A stretch of DNA of 64,000 bases, from NCBI GenBank assembly GCA_963783375.1, contig CAWANH010000029.1, forward strand, positions 1,184,001 to 1,248,000. Direction: 5' to 3'. This DNA is from Candidatus Eiseniibacteriota bacterium. Its GTDB lineage: Bacteria; Eisenbacteria; RBG-16-71-46; JABDJR01. Position numbers and translations under genes: made by a program. Below the pieces are notes generated by a model, which had not been told where the DNA came from, searched no databases, and saw nothing but the letters and a program-made list of their open reading frames with translations. Each line of letters opens with the position of its first letter. Position 1 is the stretch's first letter. Of the stretch, positions 14,122 through 24,336 are shown piece by piece.

Positions 14122-15018
14122 CTAGGCCGCGAGCCAGCGGGCCAGCGCGTCGAGCGCCCCCGTCCAGCCCTCGGCGAGGTCGGCCACCGCGTCCGGGCCG
14201 TCGAAGCCGAAGTGGCGGAGCTTGACCAGGGTCTCCCCCGGCGCGGCCGTCTCGAACTCCACGGTGACCGTGGTCCCGGGGGCGTGCCCGGGATTCTCCC
14301 AGGTAAAGGACAGCCGCCGGGGCGGAAGCACGGTGAGGAAACGCCCCGCGTCCCCGTCGGCGTTCCGGTAGCGCCCGCCCACCCACGGCTCCACCACCGG
14401 GTCCCGGGTGAACCAGCCCGAGAGCGCCTCGGCCGAGGTCCAGGCCGCGAACACCCGCTCGGGGGCCCCGGTCACCCGGCGGGACAGGGTCAAGCCGGCC
14501 CCCGGTTCCCCGCCCGGCCGCTCGGCGGCGTACACCGTGGCTCCCTCGATGCCGAAATAACCGCCCACTCCCTGGTAGGCCATCCCGGTCTTCTCCAGCA
14601 CCCGCCGGGAGGCCAGGTTGGCCGGATAGGTGATCCCGATCACCCGGGTGAGCCCGAGGGCGTCGAAGCCGTGGTCGAGAAGCGCCCGCGCCGCCTCGGT
14701 GGCGTAGCCCTTCCCCCACGCCGCGCGGGCGAACTGGTAGGCCACCTCGATCTCGGGTCCCTCCTCCACCACCGCCAGCGCCCCCCCGCCGATCACTTCG
14801 CCGGTTTCCCGGAGGGTGATCGCCCAGCTCCCCAGCCGGTCCGTTTCGTAGCGGCCGATCCGCCGGGCCACGAACTCGCGCATGGCCTCGAGGTTCGGGA
14901 CCGGGCGCCCGTCTCCCACGTAGCGCATGACCTCCGGATCGGAGCACATGGCGAAGGCGGCCGGAACGTCGTCCAGTCTCCAGCGGCGGATCTCGAGCCG
15001 GGGGGTGGTCAGGCGCAT
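14122..15018 (-). CDS. RimJ/RimL-type GNAT acetyltransferase fused to a C-terminal SRPBCC (AHSA1-like) domain
   Basis: LTTPRL, WGKGYATEAA, NLASRRVLEKTGM, then APERVFAAWT..LSFTW..GWTGALDAL. Confidence 0.78.
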   Translation of the reverse strand: MRLTTPRLEIRRWRLDDVPAAFAMCSDPEVMRYVGDGRPVPNLEAMREFVARRIGRYETDRLGSWAITLRETGEVIGGGALAVVEEGPEIEVAYQFARAAWGKGYATEAARALLDHGFDALGLTRVIGITYPANLASRRVLEKTGMAYQGVGGYFGIEGATVYAAERPGGEPGAGLTLSRRVTGAPERVFAAWTSAEALSGWFTRDPVVEPWVGGRYRNADGDAGRFLTVLPPRRLSFTWENPGHAPGTTVTVEFETAAPGETLVKLRHFGFDGPDAVADLAEGWTGALDALARWLAA

Positions 15019-15079
15019 GGGAACCTCCACGGTCGGCGGACCCTCCGCCCGGAAACGAGGCCCGGCCGGGGCCGGCGGT

Positions 15080-16219
15080 TCAACGGACGGAGGGGGGCGG
15101 CTCGATGATACCTCCCCCGAGCACGACCTCCCCGCGGTAGAAGACCGCGGACTGCCCCGGAGCCACCGCCCGCTGGGGTTCGCGGAAACGGACCCGCATC
15201 CGGCCGGGGCCGGCCGGCGTCACGGTGGCCGGAACCGGGCGCGTCCGGTAACGCACCTTCACCTCGGCTTCCAGAACGCCCGAGGGCGGCTCGCAGGAGA
15301 CCCAGTTCACCTCGCGCACCTCCATGGCGTCGATATGGAGATCGCGTTCGCTTCCCACCACCACGCGGTTCCGGGCCGCATCCACGCGCACCACGTAGAG
15401 GGGATCCCCGGCGGCCACTCCGAGGCCCCGGCGCTGGCCCACCGTGTAGTGGATCGCTCCCCGGTGCTCCCCCAGCACCGCCCCCGCCAGATCCACGATC
15501 TCCCCCGGCCGGGCCTGGGGCGCGCCTTCGGCCCGCGCGCTCACGAAGTCCCCGTAGTGGCCGCCCTGGACGAAGCAGATGTCCTGGCTCTCGACCTTCT
15601 CCGCCACCCGGAGTCCCGCCCGACGGGCGGCGGCCCGGGCCTCGGCCTTGGTTCTCGCGCCCAGGGGGAAGCGGCTGGCCGCGAGGTCTTTCCGCGAAAG
15701 GCCCCAGAGGACGTAGGACTGGTCCTTGGTCCGGTCCGTCGCACGGGCCAGAACCGGTCCGTCCGTAGTCTGCTCGAGCCGTGCGTAGTGGCCGGTGGCC
15801 ACCGCGTCGAAGCCCAGCCGCCGCGCCCGGGTCAACAGATTCCCGAACTTCAGGTGGGTGTTGCAGCGCACGCAGGGGTTGGGGGTCTCCCCGGCCAGAT
15901 AGGACCGGACGAAGGGCGCCACCACCTCACGGTCGAAGTCCGACTCTTCGTCCAGCACGTAGTGGCGGATCCCCAGGGCGGCGGCGGAGGCGCGCGCGTC
16001 CTCGATGTCGCGGAGCGAGCAGCAGGAGCGGGGCGAGGCCTCGGCCCCGCCGTAGCACCAGAGCTTCAGGGTCGCCCCCACCACATCGTGCCCCGCCTCC
16101 ACCAGGAACGCGGCGGCGGCGGCGCTGTCCACCCCGCCGGACATGGCGACCAGGACCCGCTCCCGGCGCGGCCCGGTCGTCGCCGGCGTTTCGGCGGGGT
16201 TCGGAGGATCCTGGGTCAT
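15080..16219 (-). CDS. mnmA: tRNA 2-thiouridylase MnmA
   Basis: AMSGGVDS, TPNPCVRCN, ATGHYA, KDQSY, SQDICF, PGQSAVFY. Confidence 0.96.
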   Translation of the reverse strand: MTQDPPNPAETPATTGPRRERVLVAMSGGVDSAAAAAFLVEAGHDVVGATLKLWCYGGAEASPRSCCSLRDIEDARASAAALGIRHYVLDEESDFDREVVAPFVRSYLAGETPNPCVRCNTHLKFGNLLTRARRLGFDAVATGHYARLEQTTDGPVLARATDRTKDQSYVLWGLSRKDLAASRFPLGARTKAEARAAARRAGLRVAEKVESQDICFVQGGHYGDFVSARAEGAPQARPGEIVDLAGAVLGEHRGAIHYTVGQRRGLGVAAGDPLYVVRVDAARNRVVVGSERDLHIDAMEVREVNWVSCEPPSGVLEAEVKVRYRTRPVPATVTPAGPGRMRVRFREPQRAVAPGQSAVFYRGEVVLGGGIIEPPPSVR

Positions 16220-16269
16220 GAAAATCGCTTCCTCCGGCCGGGGTCGGGCGGCGGTCGTTCGGCCCGGGA

Positions 16270-16303
16270 GCTACGGGCTACGGGCTACGGGCTACGGGCT
16301 ACG
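16270..16303. repeat. Heptamer tandem repeat (GCTACGG)x4 plus a partial copy
   Basis: Read directly from the sequence; overlaps the stop codon of the desulfurase gene. Confidence 0.9.
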
Positions 16304-17435
16304 AAGCCCGCGATCCTAGCAGGCGGGCCGCGGCCTCCACAAACCGCTCGATCTCGTCCCCGGTGTTCCCCGGTCCCAGGCTCACCCGCACCGCGGTCCG
16401 AGCCTCCCGCGGAGAGCGGCCCATGGCCAGGAGCACGTGGCTCGGCGCCTCGGACCCCGACTGGCAGGCCGATCCCGCCGAGACCGCGAACCCCTCCAGA
16501 TCGAAGGCGGGGACCAGATCCACCGGGGCGTCCTCGCCGAAGGTGAAGTGGGCGGTGTTGGGAAGGCGCTCGCTCTCCCCCGCAGTGAGCCGGGCTCCGG
16601 GGACGCGGCGAGCCATGTCGCGCTCCAGGCGGTTCCGAAGCTCCCTGAGGCGCGTCGCGCTCGACTCCCGGTCCCGGAGCGCCACCCGCGCCGCCGCACC
16701 GAACCCCACGATTCCGCCGACGTTCAGGGTCCCCCCGCGGAGGCCTCGTTCCTGCGAGCCGGGAACGACGGCCGCGAGCCGGAGCCCGGGGCGCTTCCAG
16801 AGCGCCCCCACTCCCATCGGTCCCCCCAGCTTGTGCGCGGCCACCGAGACCAGGTCGGCCCCCCACGCCTCCGCCGCCACCTCGATCTTGCCCGCGCTCT
16901 GAATCGCGTCGACATGGTAGAGCACGTCCCGGTCCCGGCAGAGCGACGCTATGGCCGCCGCCGGCTGGACCACCCCGGTCTCGTTGTTGGCGTGAAGCAC
17001 GGAGACCAGCACGGTGTCGGGGCGCAGAGACCCCGCCACCGCCTCCGGGGAGATCGCCCCCGAAACGGGATCCGGCATCACCCGCGTGACCTCCCACCCG
17101 GCTGCTTCCAGCAGCGCCGCCGCATCCAGGCCGGCGCGGTGTTCGATGGCCGAGACCACCAGGTGCCGCCCCCGGTCGGCGTGGGCCCGCGCCGAGCCGG
17201 CCAGAGCGGTGAACACCGCTTCGGTGCCCGAGCCGGTGAACACCAGATCCCCGTCCGGCCCCCCCACCAGCTCCCGCACCTCACCCCGGGCCCGATCCAC
17301 CGCCGCCCCCGCGGCCTGGCCGAAGGAGTGAACGCTGGAGGGGTTCCCGAACACCTCGCCGGCGAGCCGCGCCATGATCTCCCGGACCTCGGCCCTCACC
17401 GGGCTGGTGGCGTTGTGATCGAAATAGACCGGCAT
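16299..17435 (-). CDS. iscS: Cysteine desulfurase, IscS/NifS (group I) type
   Basis: YFDHNAT, GNPSSVH, HANNETG, AHKLGGP (PLP Lys), SAGSAC catalytic Cys motif; upstream of mnmA. Confidence 0.88.
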   Translation of the reverse strand: MPVYFDHNATSPVRAEVREIMARLAGEVFGNPSSVHSFGQAAGAAVDRARGEVRELVGGPDGDLVFTGSGTEAVFTALAGSARAHADRGRHLVVSAIEHRAGLDAAALLEAAGWEVTRVMPDPVSGAISPEAVAGSLRPDTVLVSVLHANNETGVVQPAAAIASLCRDRDVLYHVDAIQSAGKIEVAAEAWGADLVSVAAHKLGGPMGVGALWKRPGLRLAAVVPGSQERGLRGGTLNVGGIVGFGAAARVALRDRESSATRLRELRNRLERDMARRVPGARLTAGESERLPNTAHFTFGEDAPVDLVPAFDLEGFAVSAGSACQSGSEAPSHVLLAMGRSPREARTAVRVSLGPGNTGDEIERFVEAAARLLGSRAS

Positions 17436-17568
17436 CGAACGGATCCTCGCGGCGCGGGACGTCGGAACCGCACAGAAAGCCCGTACAAACAGAAGGGCCG
17501 TTCCCGGAGGAACGGCCCGATCCCGTATCGGGCCGGTCACCCGGCCCGGGAGGCGGAGCTGACCGGAA

Positions 17569-18261
17569 TCAGGGTTTCGTCACTTTGGCCTGGGTGATGA
17601 CCACCTTCCGGAGGGCCCGGTTGCTGTTCTCGTGACCCGCGTTCTTCACCCGGGCGATCTTGTCCACGGTGTCCATCCCCTCCACCACCTGGCCGAACAC
17701 GCTGTAGCCGTTCTGGTCCAGGCTGGGGAGGTCGGCCAGGCAGATGTAGAACTGGTTCCCGTTGGATTTCTTCTCCGGGTTCAGCGCGTCGGCCAGACGC
17801 GCCGCCGCCACCGCGCCGCGAACGTGCCTTCGCCCGATCTCCGCCGGGATGGCGTTGGCGGCTCCGCCCGTACCCACCTTGGGGCTCCTCCAATCGCTCT
17901 TGGAGATCGGGTCGCCGCCCTGGATGATGAACCCGGGGACGATTCGATGGAATGTGGTCCCGTCGTAGGCGCCCCCGCGCACCAGCTTGAGAAAGTTCTC
18001 GACGTGCTTGGGGGCGTCCTTGGGGTAGAGCTCGATCACGATGTTGCCCAGTGCGGTCGACGTCCCCGTTTCGTCCTCCACCGACACGGTCAGGGTCACA
18101 CGGTCCGGGGAGGCGGCTCCGTCGGGGGAGCCGGGTTCCTGGGCCACGGTGGTGTCTTCCGCCGCCGGCTGGTCGTCCTGGGCGGCCACGGACAGGGGGA
18201 GAGTTCCGGCCAGGAAGAGGACCCCCATGAGGAGGACCGACCTCTTTGCCGCTCGATGCAT
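17569..18261 (-). CDS. Exported cyclophilin-type peptidyl-prolyl isomerase
   Basis: Signal peptide; APKHVENF, FHRIVPGFIIQGGDP, YSVFGQVVEGMD. Confidence 0.9.
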   Translation of the reverse strand: MHRAAKRSVLLMGVLFLAGTLPLSVAAQDDQPAAEDTTVAQEPGSPDGAASPDRVTLTVSVEDETGTSTALGNIVIELYPKDAPKHVENFLKLVRGGAYDGTTFHRIVPGFIIQGGDPISKSDWRSPKVGTGGAANAIPAEIGRRHVRGAVAAARLADALNPEKKSNGNQFYICLADLPSLDQNGYSVFGQVVEGMDTVDKIARVKNAGHENSNRALRKVVITQAKVTKP

Positions 18262-18296
18262 ACGTACTCCTTCCGGCAACCCGGCCCCCTTTGCCA

Positions 18297-19571
18297 CTAG
18301 TCGCCCTGCTGCTCTTTCGCCTTCATCTGCTTGGCCCGCTCGATGAGCTGGTCCAGTCGCATGATCTCCTTGCGGCCGTAGTCCCCGAAATCCTTGTCGC
18401 TCAGGACGCTCTGGAACTTGATCTTGGCCTCGCCGTAAGTGGAGATGGATCGGTCGTAGTCGCGATTGCGAAGCTGGTCGTCCGCCCGAAGCTCCAGCCC
18501 CTTCCCCCACACCGCGTAGAGGCACCCCTGCACCGGAGCGTTCTCCGCGATCCCTCTCATGGCGGTGGAAACGGCCTTCTCCCCGTTCTTGCAGTCGAGG
18601 GCGTAGAGGAAGCCGAGGTTGCAGTAGAGCGACTTCTTGTCGGGACCGCTCTGGATGAGCAGCTCGTACTGCTGGGCTGCGTCGTCGCACCGGTCCAGTT
18701 TCTGGAGCACCTTGGCGTAGATGGCGCGGTCGTTCACCCGGGTGCTGTCGATGTCGAGGAGCCGCTTGTAGGCCGGAGCGGCGTCCTTCCAGTCCTCGGC
18801 CTTGTAGTACAGGTAGGCGAGCTTGCTGGCCACGTCCAGGTTCTTGGGATCCTGCTCCATCATCTTCTCGTAGACCCCGGCCGCCTTGTCGGGCTGGTTG
18901 GCCGAGAAGTAGATCTCTCCCAGGGTGTTGAGGGCGCCGAGATCGTCCGGGCAGAGTTCGGTCACCTTGGTGTAGGCGTCGACCGCCGCGGTCATGTGCT
19001 TCTGGGCATCCGGAGACGCAGCGGCGGCGGCGGTGCCTTTCGCCCGATCGGCCAGGAGCTTCTCCGCGCTGCCGATCTGGGACCAGATGGCGCAGTCCTT
19101 GGGGGTGATGGTGAGGATCTGCTGGTAGGTGGCGATGGCGTCGTCCAGGTCCCCGATCGCCGCCTGGACGTAGGCGATGTTCTTCCGGACGTCCACGTCA
19201 TCGGCCGGGAGCAGATCCTTGAGGTCCTGGTAGGTGTCCAGGGCGTCCTGGTAGTAGTCCGCATCGGACTTCGCCATCTCGGTGTAGGCCAGGGCCAGGC
19301 GGCGGAAGGCGTCCACATACTTGGGATTCTCGTCGATGGCCAGCTGGAACTGCTCCACCGCATCCAGATACTTGAGGTTGTTCATGAGTTCCACGCCGTG
19401 GCGGTAATAGCCTTGAGCCTTGCTCACCTCGCCCTTTCCGGCGTCGCCCTGGCTCGCGTCCTGAGCCAGGAGAACCGGGGTTGCGGCGGGAGAGGCGGCC
19501 CTCCCCGGTGACGGCACGACCAAGGCGCATACCACACTCAAGAGCACGAGCGCCTGAGCCGATCGGTTCAT
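18297..19571 (-). CDS. Exported TPR-repeat protein
   Basis: Signal peptide after ATG 19571 and multiple ~34-aa TPR-like repeats. Confidence 0.8.
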   Translation of the reverse strand: MNRSAQALVLLSVVCALVVPSPGRAASPAATPVLLAQDASQGDAGKGEVSKAQGYYRHGVELMNNLKYLDAVEQFQLAIDENPKYVDAFRRLALAYTEMAKSDADYYQDALDTYQDLKDLLPADDVDVRKNIAYVQAAIGDLDDAIATYQQILTITPKDCAIWSQIGSAEKLLADRAKGTAAAAASPDAQKHMTAAVDAYTKVTELCPDDLGALNTLGEIYFSANQPDKAAGVYEKMMEQDPKNLDVASKLAYLYYKAEDWKDAAPAYKRLLDIDSTRVNDRAIYAKVLQKLDRCDDAAQQYELLIQSGPDKKSLYCNLGFLYALDCKNGEKAVSTAMRGIAENAPVQGCLYAVWGKGLELRADDQLRNRDYDRSISTYGEAKIKFQSVLSDKDFGDYGRKEIMRLDQLIERAKQMKAKEQQGD

Positions 19572-19648
19572 GATTCGCTCCTTTCCCAAGCCATTGGGAT
19601 CCTCGCCAGCGGCACACCGCCTCGTCGGGGCGGCGCCGGAGAACGTCT

Positions 19649-20365
19649 CTACTTGCCCGACTTGCCGGTAGGGATGGAGGGGACCGGCGACTTGGTGAAT
19701 CGCTCCAGGATCTTGATGTTTTCCTTGGCGTTTTCCGCCGCGTCGGTCCCGGGAGCCACCTCCACCACCTTCTGCCACCAGTTGACCGCCTCCCGGAAGA
19801 GACCGGCGTCGGCGAAAGCCACGCCGAAGTTGTACAGCGCCGAATAGCACTTCGGGTCCTTGTCGATGGCCCGTTGGTATTCAAAGATCGCGTCCGGATA
19901 TTTTTCCTGCGCGTAATAGGCGTTTCCAAGGTTGCTGCGCGCCATGCAATCGTCGGGGTTCAGGGACAGCGCCTGCTGGAACGACTTGATGGCGTTGTCC
20001 TGGTCGCCCAGGTCCCCCTGCACGATGCCCAGGTTGACCAGCGCCTCGACGTACTTGGGGTTCAGGTCCACCGCCTTCTGGTAGGCGGCCAACGCCTTGT
20101 TGGACAGACCGCCGTCGTAGTAGGCGTTCCCCAACTGGTACTGAAGACGATAGTTGTCGGGGGAGGCCGCGACCTGGGTCTCCAGGCGGGAAATCTTGGC
20201 CTGGACCTCGTTCCCGGCCACCGTCCCCTTCTTGACGTTCCCGCCCAGAAGGCCGTCGGACTGGGCCTGGGCGGAAACCGGGCTCAAAGCCAGGATCGGC
20301 GCCAGCGCCAGAGCGGCGAGCGCGAGGAGGGAGCGTCCAGGATCCAGTTTCATCCCGAGCATCAT
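19649..20365 (-). CDS. Exported TPR-repeat protein
   Basis: Signal peptide; near-consensus TPRs (LGNAYY..ALAAYQKAVDLNP). Confidence 0.85.
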   Translation of the reverse strand: MMLGMKLDPGRSLLALAALALAPILALSPVSAQAQSDGLLGGNVKKGTVAGNEVQAKISRLETQVAASPDNYRLQYQLGNAYYDGGLSNKALAAYQKAVDLNPKYVEALVNLGIVQGDLGDQDNAIKSFQQALSLNPDDCMARSNLGNAYYAQEKYPDAIFEYQRAIDKDPKCYSALYNFGVAFADAGLFREAVNWWQKVVEVAPGTDAAENAKENIKILERFTKSPVPSIPTGKSGK

Positions 20366-20652
20366 CGTGATTCCTGTTCTGCTTCGTGACAGCGACGCGA
20401 TGGGCCGATGGAGGCGAAAAACCGCCGAAAGAAGTGCAGCCGGCAATTTTAGGGATCGGCAGGGGGGGTGTCAACCGAAGCCCCCGCCCCTCCCCGCGCC
20501 CAACCTCAAGCGGTCCAGTTTGTTATGGTCCGCTTCCATCGCTCTCCAATACCCGGCTCCGGCGGGGGCTATTCCAGAGACCGGGGCGGGCCTGGAGGGC
20601 CGGGGAGAGGGTCCCCGGGCATCCCCCGGGAGATCGGAACCGGGCCCGGAGA

Positions 20653-23208
20653 TCAGAACCAGGTGATCAGGGTGATCTCGTTGGGCACCAGAGCGTCGGG
20701 ATGGGCGGGACGCACCCGGACCGCGTACCCGTAGAGGCCGCTTTGCCGGCAGGGAAGGAGCCCCTCGTACCACCAGGCCCCGTCCTCCTGCTTCTTGGGC
20801 TCCAGGGGGGTCGCCGAGCCCTCGTTCACCTGGCGGTCCACCCCGGCGATCCCGTGGTAGAGCTCCACGCTCACCTGATCCGGCTTGATCGGCCCCAGAC
20901 GCACCTTGACCCGCACCGGGACCCGCACCCCGACGTGGAGGTGGTTCCCACCTCCTTGCTCCACCTCCTCCACCTTCACTTCCTTCCAGTTCTCGTGGAT
21001 GAACCGGTCCCAGGTCACCAGGTCCCGGACCCGCCCGAGGTCCCCGTTCAGGAAGGTGCGGCTCCGGCGGGCGGCGGGGATGTAGAACCGCTCGGCGTAC
21101 TCCCCCACCATGCGGTTGGTGTTGAAGACGGGGGCCAGGGTCTTCATCGAAGCCTTCATCTTGCCGGTCCAGCCCGCGGGCAGCCCGGCCTCGTCGCGCT
21201 GGTAGTAGAGCGGCACCACCTCGCGCTCCAGGATCTCGTAGAGGGCGTTCGCCTCGACCTCGTCCTGGTACTCGGGGTCCTCGTACTGCTCGCCGTGGCC
21301 GATGCTCCAGCCCACGTCGCTGGTGAACCCTTCCGCCCACCAGCCGTCCATGACCGAGAGGTTCAGGATCCCGTTGGCCGCGCCCTTCATGCCGCTGGTC
21401 CCGCTGGCTTCCAGGGGCCGGCGGGGCGTGTTCAGCCACACGTCCACCCCCTGCACCATGTACCGGGCCACGCTCATGTCGTAGTTTTCGAGGAAGGCGA
21501 CCGATCCTCGCACCTCGGGATCCCGCGCGAAGTGGGCGAGCTGCTTGATCAGCTCCTTCCCCGCCGAGTCGGCGGGATGAGCCTTGCCGGCGAAGATGAA
21601 CTGCACCGGTCGTTCCGGGTTCGTGATGATGCGCTTGAGCCGGGCACGGTCGCGCAACAGCAGGGTGGCCCGCTTGTAGGCGGCGAAGCGCCGGGCGAAA
21701 CCGATGGTCAGGCGGTTCGGGGAGAAGATCCGCCGCGCCTCCTCCTCGGCCATGGTGGGGCCCCCGCGGTTCCGGATCTGGGTGGCCACGTGCTCCCGGG
21801 CGAAGTTGACCAGGCGCTCCTTGGAGGCCATGTGGGTCCGCCAGAGCTCCTCGTCGGGGATCTGGTCCAGCCGTTGCCACTCCGCGGTGTCGGCCGGGTT
21901 GTCCGACCAGCCGGGGCCGAGATAGCGGTTCAGGAGTCTCCGCATCTCCACCGAGATCCAGGTGCGGGTGTGGATGCCGTTGGTGATGTGCTCCACCGGC
22001 ACCTCGCTCTCCGGGTACCCCTGCCACTCCGATTCCCACATGTGCCGGGAGACCTTGCCGTGGAGGCGGCTCACCGCGTTCCGGTAGCTGGCGTTCCGCA
22101 TGGCGAAGAGCGCCATGTTGAAGGGCTGGGTGGAATCGTCGGCCTTTTCCTGGCCCAACCGCATCAGGTCGTCGAAGCCGATACCCAGCTCCTCCGCGAA
22201 CACCGTGAAGTATTTCCGCATGAGGCTGGGGTCGAAGATGTCGAAGCCGGCGGGGACCGGGGTATGGGTGGTGAAGATCGAGGACGCGGAGACCACCCGC
22301 CGGGCGGTCTCGAACTTCAGGTCCCGTCCGGTCATGATCTGGCGGATGCGCTCGATGGCCAGGAACGCGGCGTGCCCCTCGTTGATGTGGCACACGTCGG
22401 GCTGGATCCCCAGGAGCCGGAGCGCCCGCACCCCGCCGATCCCCAGCACGATCTCGTGCTGGATGCGGGTCTCCCGGTCCCCACCGTAGAGCTGGTGAGT
22501 GATCCGCTGGTCCTCGAGGCTGTTCTCGGCCAGGTTGGAATCCAGGAGGTAGAGCGGCACCCGCCCCACCTGGGCCCGCCAGATCTGGAGCAGCACCTCG
22601 CGCCCCGGGAACGGGAGCGACACCTTGAGGCGGTGCCCCTCGGCATCCCGCATCAGCTCGAGCGGCATGTTGTAGAAATCGTTTTCGCGGTAGGCCTCCT
22701 GCTGCCAGCCGTCGGCGTTCAGGTACTGGTTCAGGTAGCCCACCTTGTAGGCCAGGCCCACCCCCACCATGGGGAGCCCCAGCTCGCTGGCCGACTTCAG
22801 ATGGTCCCCGGCCAGGACCCCGAGTCCCCCGGAGTAGAATGGCAGACACCCGGCGATCCCGAACTCCGCGCTGAAGTAGGCGATGGTGAAATCGTGGAGG
22901 TCCCGGTGATAACGCTGGAACCAGGCCGAGCGGGCCAGGAGCTCGGTGAGGTTCTCGTGGGCCCGATCCATGTGGGCGAGGAAGACCGGATCGTTGGCCG
23001 CCCACTCCAGGCGGTCCTGGGCGATGGACCCCAGCAGCCGGACGGGATTATGGCCGGTCGTCTCCCACAGGTTCCGGTCCAGGCGCACGAAGAGTTCGGC
23101 GGTCTCGGGATGCCAGACCCACCGCACGTTGAAGGCCAGGTCGCGGAGCGGGGTCAGGCGTTCGGGAAGGGCGGGCTGGACGTGGAGCAACTGGAACCTG
23201 GGCGTCAT
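20653..23208 (-). CDS. glgP: Alpha-glucan (glycogen) phosphorylase, GT35
   Basis: YSGGLGVLAGDHLKSAS, HINEGH, GFARRFAAYKRA, EASGTSGMK (PLP Lys). Confidence 0.96.
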   Translation of the reverse strand: MTPRFQLLHVQPALPERLTPLRDLAFNVRWVWHPETAELFVRLDRNLWETTGHNPVRLLGSIAQDRLEWAANDPVFLAHMDRAHENLTELLARSAWFQRYHRDLHDFTIAYFSAEFGIAGCLPFYSGGLGVLAGDHLKSASELGLPMVGVGLAYKVGYLNQYLNADGWQQEAYRENDFYNMPLELMRDAEGHRLKVSLPFPGREVLLQIWRAQVGRVPLYLLDSNLAENSLEDQRITHQLYGGDRETRIQHEIVLGIGGVRALRLLGIQPDVCHINEGHAAFLAIERIRQIMTGRDLKFETARRVVSASSIFTTHTPVPAGFDIFDPSLMRKYFTVFAEELGIGFDDLMRLGQEKADDSTQPFNMALFAMRNASYRNAVSRLHGKVSRHMWESEWQGYPESEVPVEHITNGIHTRTWISVEMRRLLNRYLGPGWSDNPADTAEWQRLDQIPDEELWRTHMASKERLVNFAREHVATQIRNRGGPTMAEEEARRIFSPNRLTIGFARRFAAYKRATLLLRDRARLKRIITNPERPVQFIFAGKAHPADSAGKELIKQLAHFARDPEVRGSVAFLENYDMSVARYMVQGVDVWLNTPRRPLEASGTSGMKGAANGILNLSVMDGWWAEGFTSDVGWSIGHGEQYEDPEYQDEVEANALYEILEREVVPLYYQRDEAGLPAGWTGKMKASMKTLAPVFNTNRMVGEYAERFYIPAARRSRTFLNGDLGRVRDLVTWDRFIHENWKEVKVEEVEQGGGNHLHVGVRVPVRVKVRLGPIKPDQVSVELYHGIAGVDRQVNEGSATPLEPKKQEDGAWWYEGLLPCRQSGLYGYAVRVRPAHPDALVPNEITLITWF

Positions 23209-23499
23209 GCGTCGTGGTTTCCTCCGGGAAGGGCGTCGTTCGGAACCGGCGCTCGGAGACCGGGCCCGGGTGCGCTCTGGATGCGCATCCGCCTAGTTTA
23301 GACCGGTCCAAACCGGCCGGGGAGCCCCCATCTCACCCGGGTTATCGGCCGGAGGCCACCGGTTTTCGCGGTAAAAGCTTTCACTGCCGAGGATTGCCGT
23401 CCGTTCACGCGGTGCCCGCATCCCCGGTGCCGAGGCCTCGGGGGGGCACAGACGGAGGCCGGTGGGACCGGACCGCCCCCGTGGTATCGTCGCCCGGTC

Positions 23500-24324
23500 A
23501 TGGCCACCTACGTGATCGGCGACGTTCAGGGCTGCTTCCGGACGCTCACGAACCTTCTGAGGCGGATCGACCATCGCCCGGGTCGCGACCGGCTGTGGCT
23601 GGCCGGGGACCTGGTGAACCGCGGCCCCGCCTCGCTCCGGGTCCTGCGCTGGGCGGCGAACCAGGGCGAGGGCATCACCGCGGTGATGGGCAATCACGAC
23701 CTGCACCTCCTCGCTCGGGCCGCCGGCGCGGCGGAGGCCGAACCCGGCGACACCCTGGACGACGTCCTCGCCGCCCCCGACCGTGACGCGCTCCTGGACT
23801 GGCTTCGCGCGCGGCCGCTCTTCTTCGTGGACGGGGCGCACGCGCTGGTCCACGCCGGGCTCCACCCGGCGTGGACGGTGGAACGCGCGGCGGAACTCGC
23901 CGCCGAAGCCTCGGAGCGGGTGCGCGGCGGGAAGGGCCTGGCACGGCTCTATACCCCCGAACCACTCCCCCCCTGGAGCGACGACCTCGACCCCGATGAA
24001 CGGTTCCGGTTCACGACCGCCGTCTTCACCCGGCTCCGCACGCTGCGCGGGGACGGCGTCCCCTGCCTGGAGTTCTCCGGCCCGCCCGGGGAGGCGCCCC
24101 CGGGATGCGCCCCCTGGTACGCGGCACCGGACCGGCGAAGCGTCGGGACCCGGGTGTTCTTCGCCCACTGGTCGGCCCTGGGCCTTCACCTGGAGCCGGA
24201 CGCGGTTGGGCTCGACACCGGATGCGTTTGGGGGGGAACGCTCACCGCGTTCCGGCTCGAGGACGGGACGGTGTTCCGGGAGCCTCTTGCCGATCCCGTC
24301 GCGCCGCGCCGCAGTCGAGGGTGA
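23500..24324 (+). CDS. apaH: Symmetrical bis(5'-nucleosyl)-tetraphosphatase (Ap4A hydrolase)
   Basis: MATYVIGDVQGC, GDLVNRGP, GNHDLHLL, HWSALG, LDTGCVWGG. Confidence 0.93.
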   Translation: MATYVIGDVQGCFRTLTNLLRRIDHRPGRDRLWLAGDLVNRGPASLRVLRWAANQGEGITAVMGNHDLHLLARAAGAAEAEPGDTLDDVLAAPDRDALLDWLRARPLFFVDGAHALVHAGLHPAWTVERAAELAAEASERVRGGKGLARLYTPEPLPPWSDDLDPDERFRFTTAVFTRLRTLRGDGVPCLEFSGPPGEAPPGCAPWYAAPDRRSVGTRVFFAHWSALGLHLEPDAVGLDTGCVWGGTLTAFRLEDGTVFREPLADPVAPRRSRG

Positions 24325-24336
24325 TGCGGACGCGGG

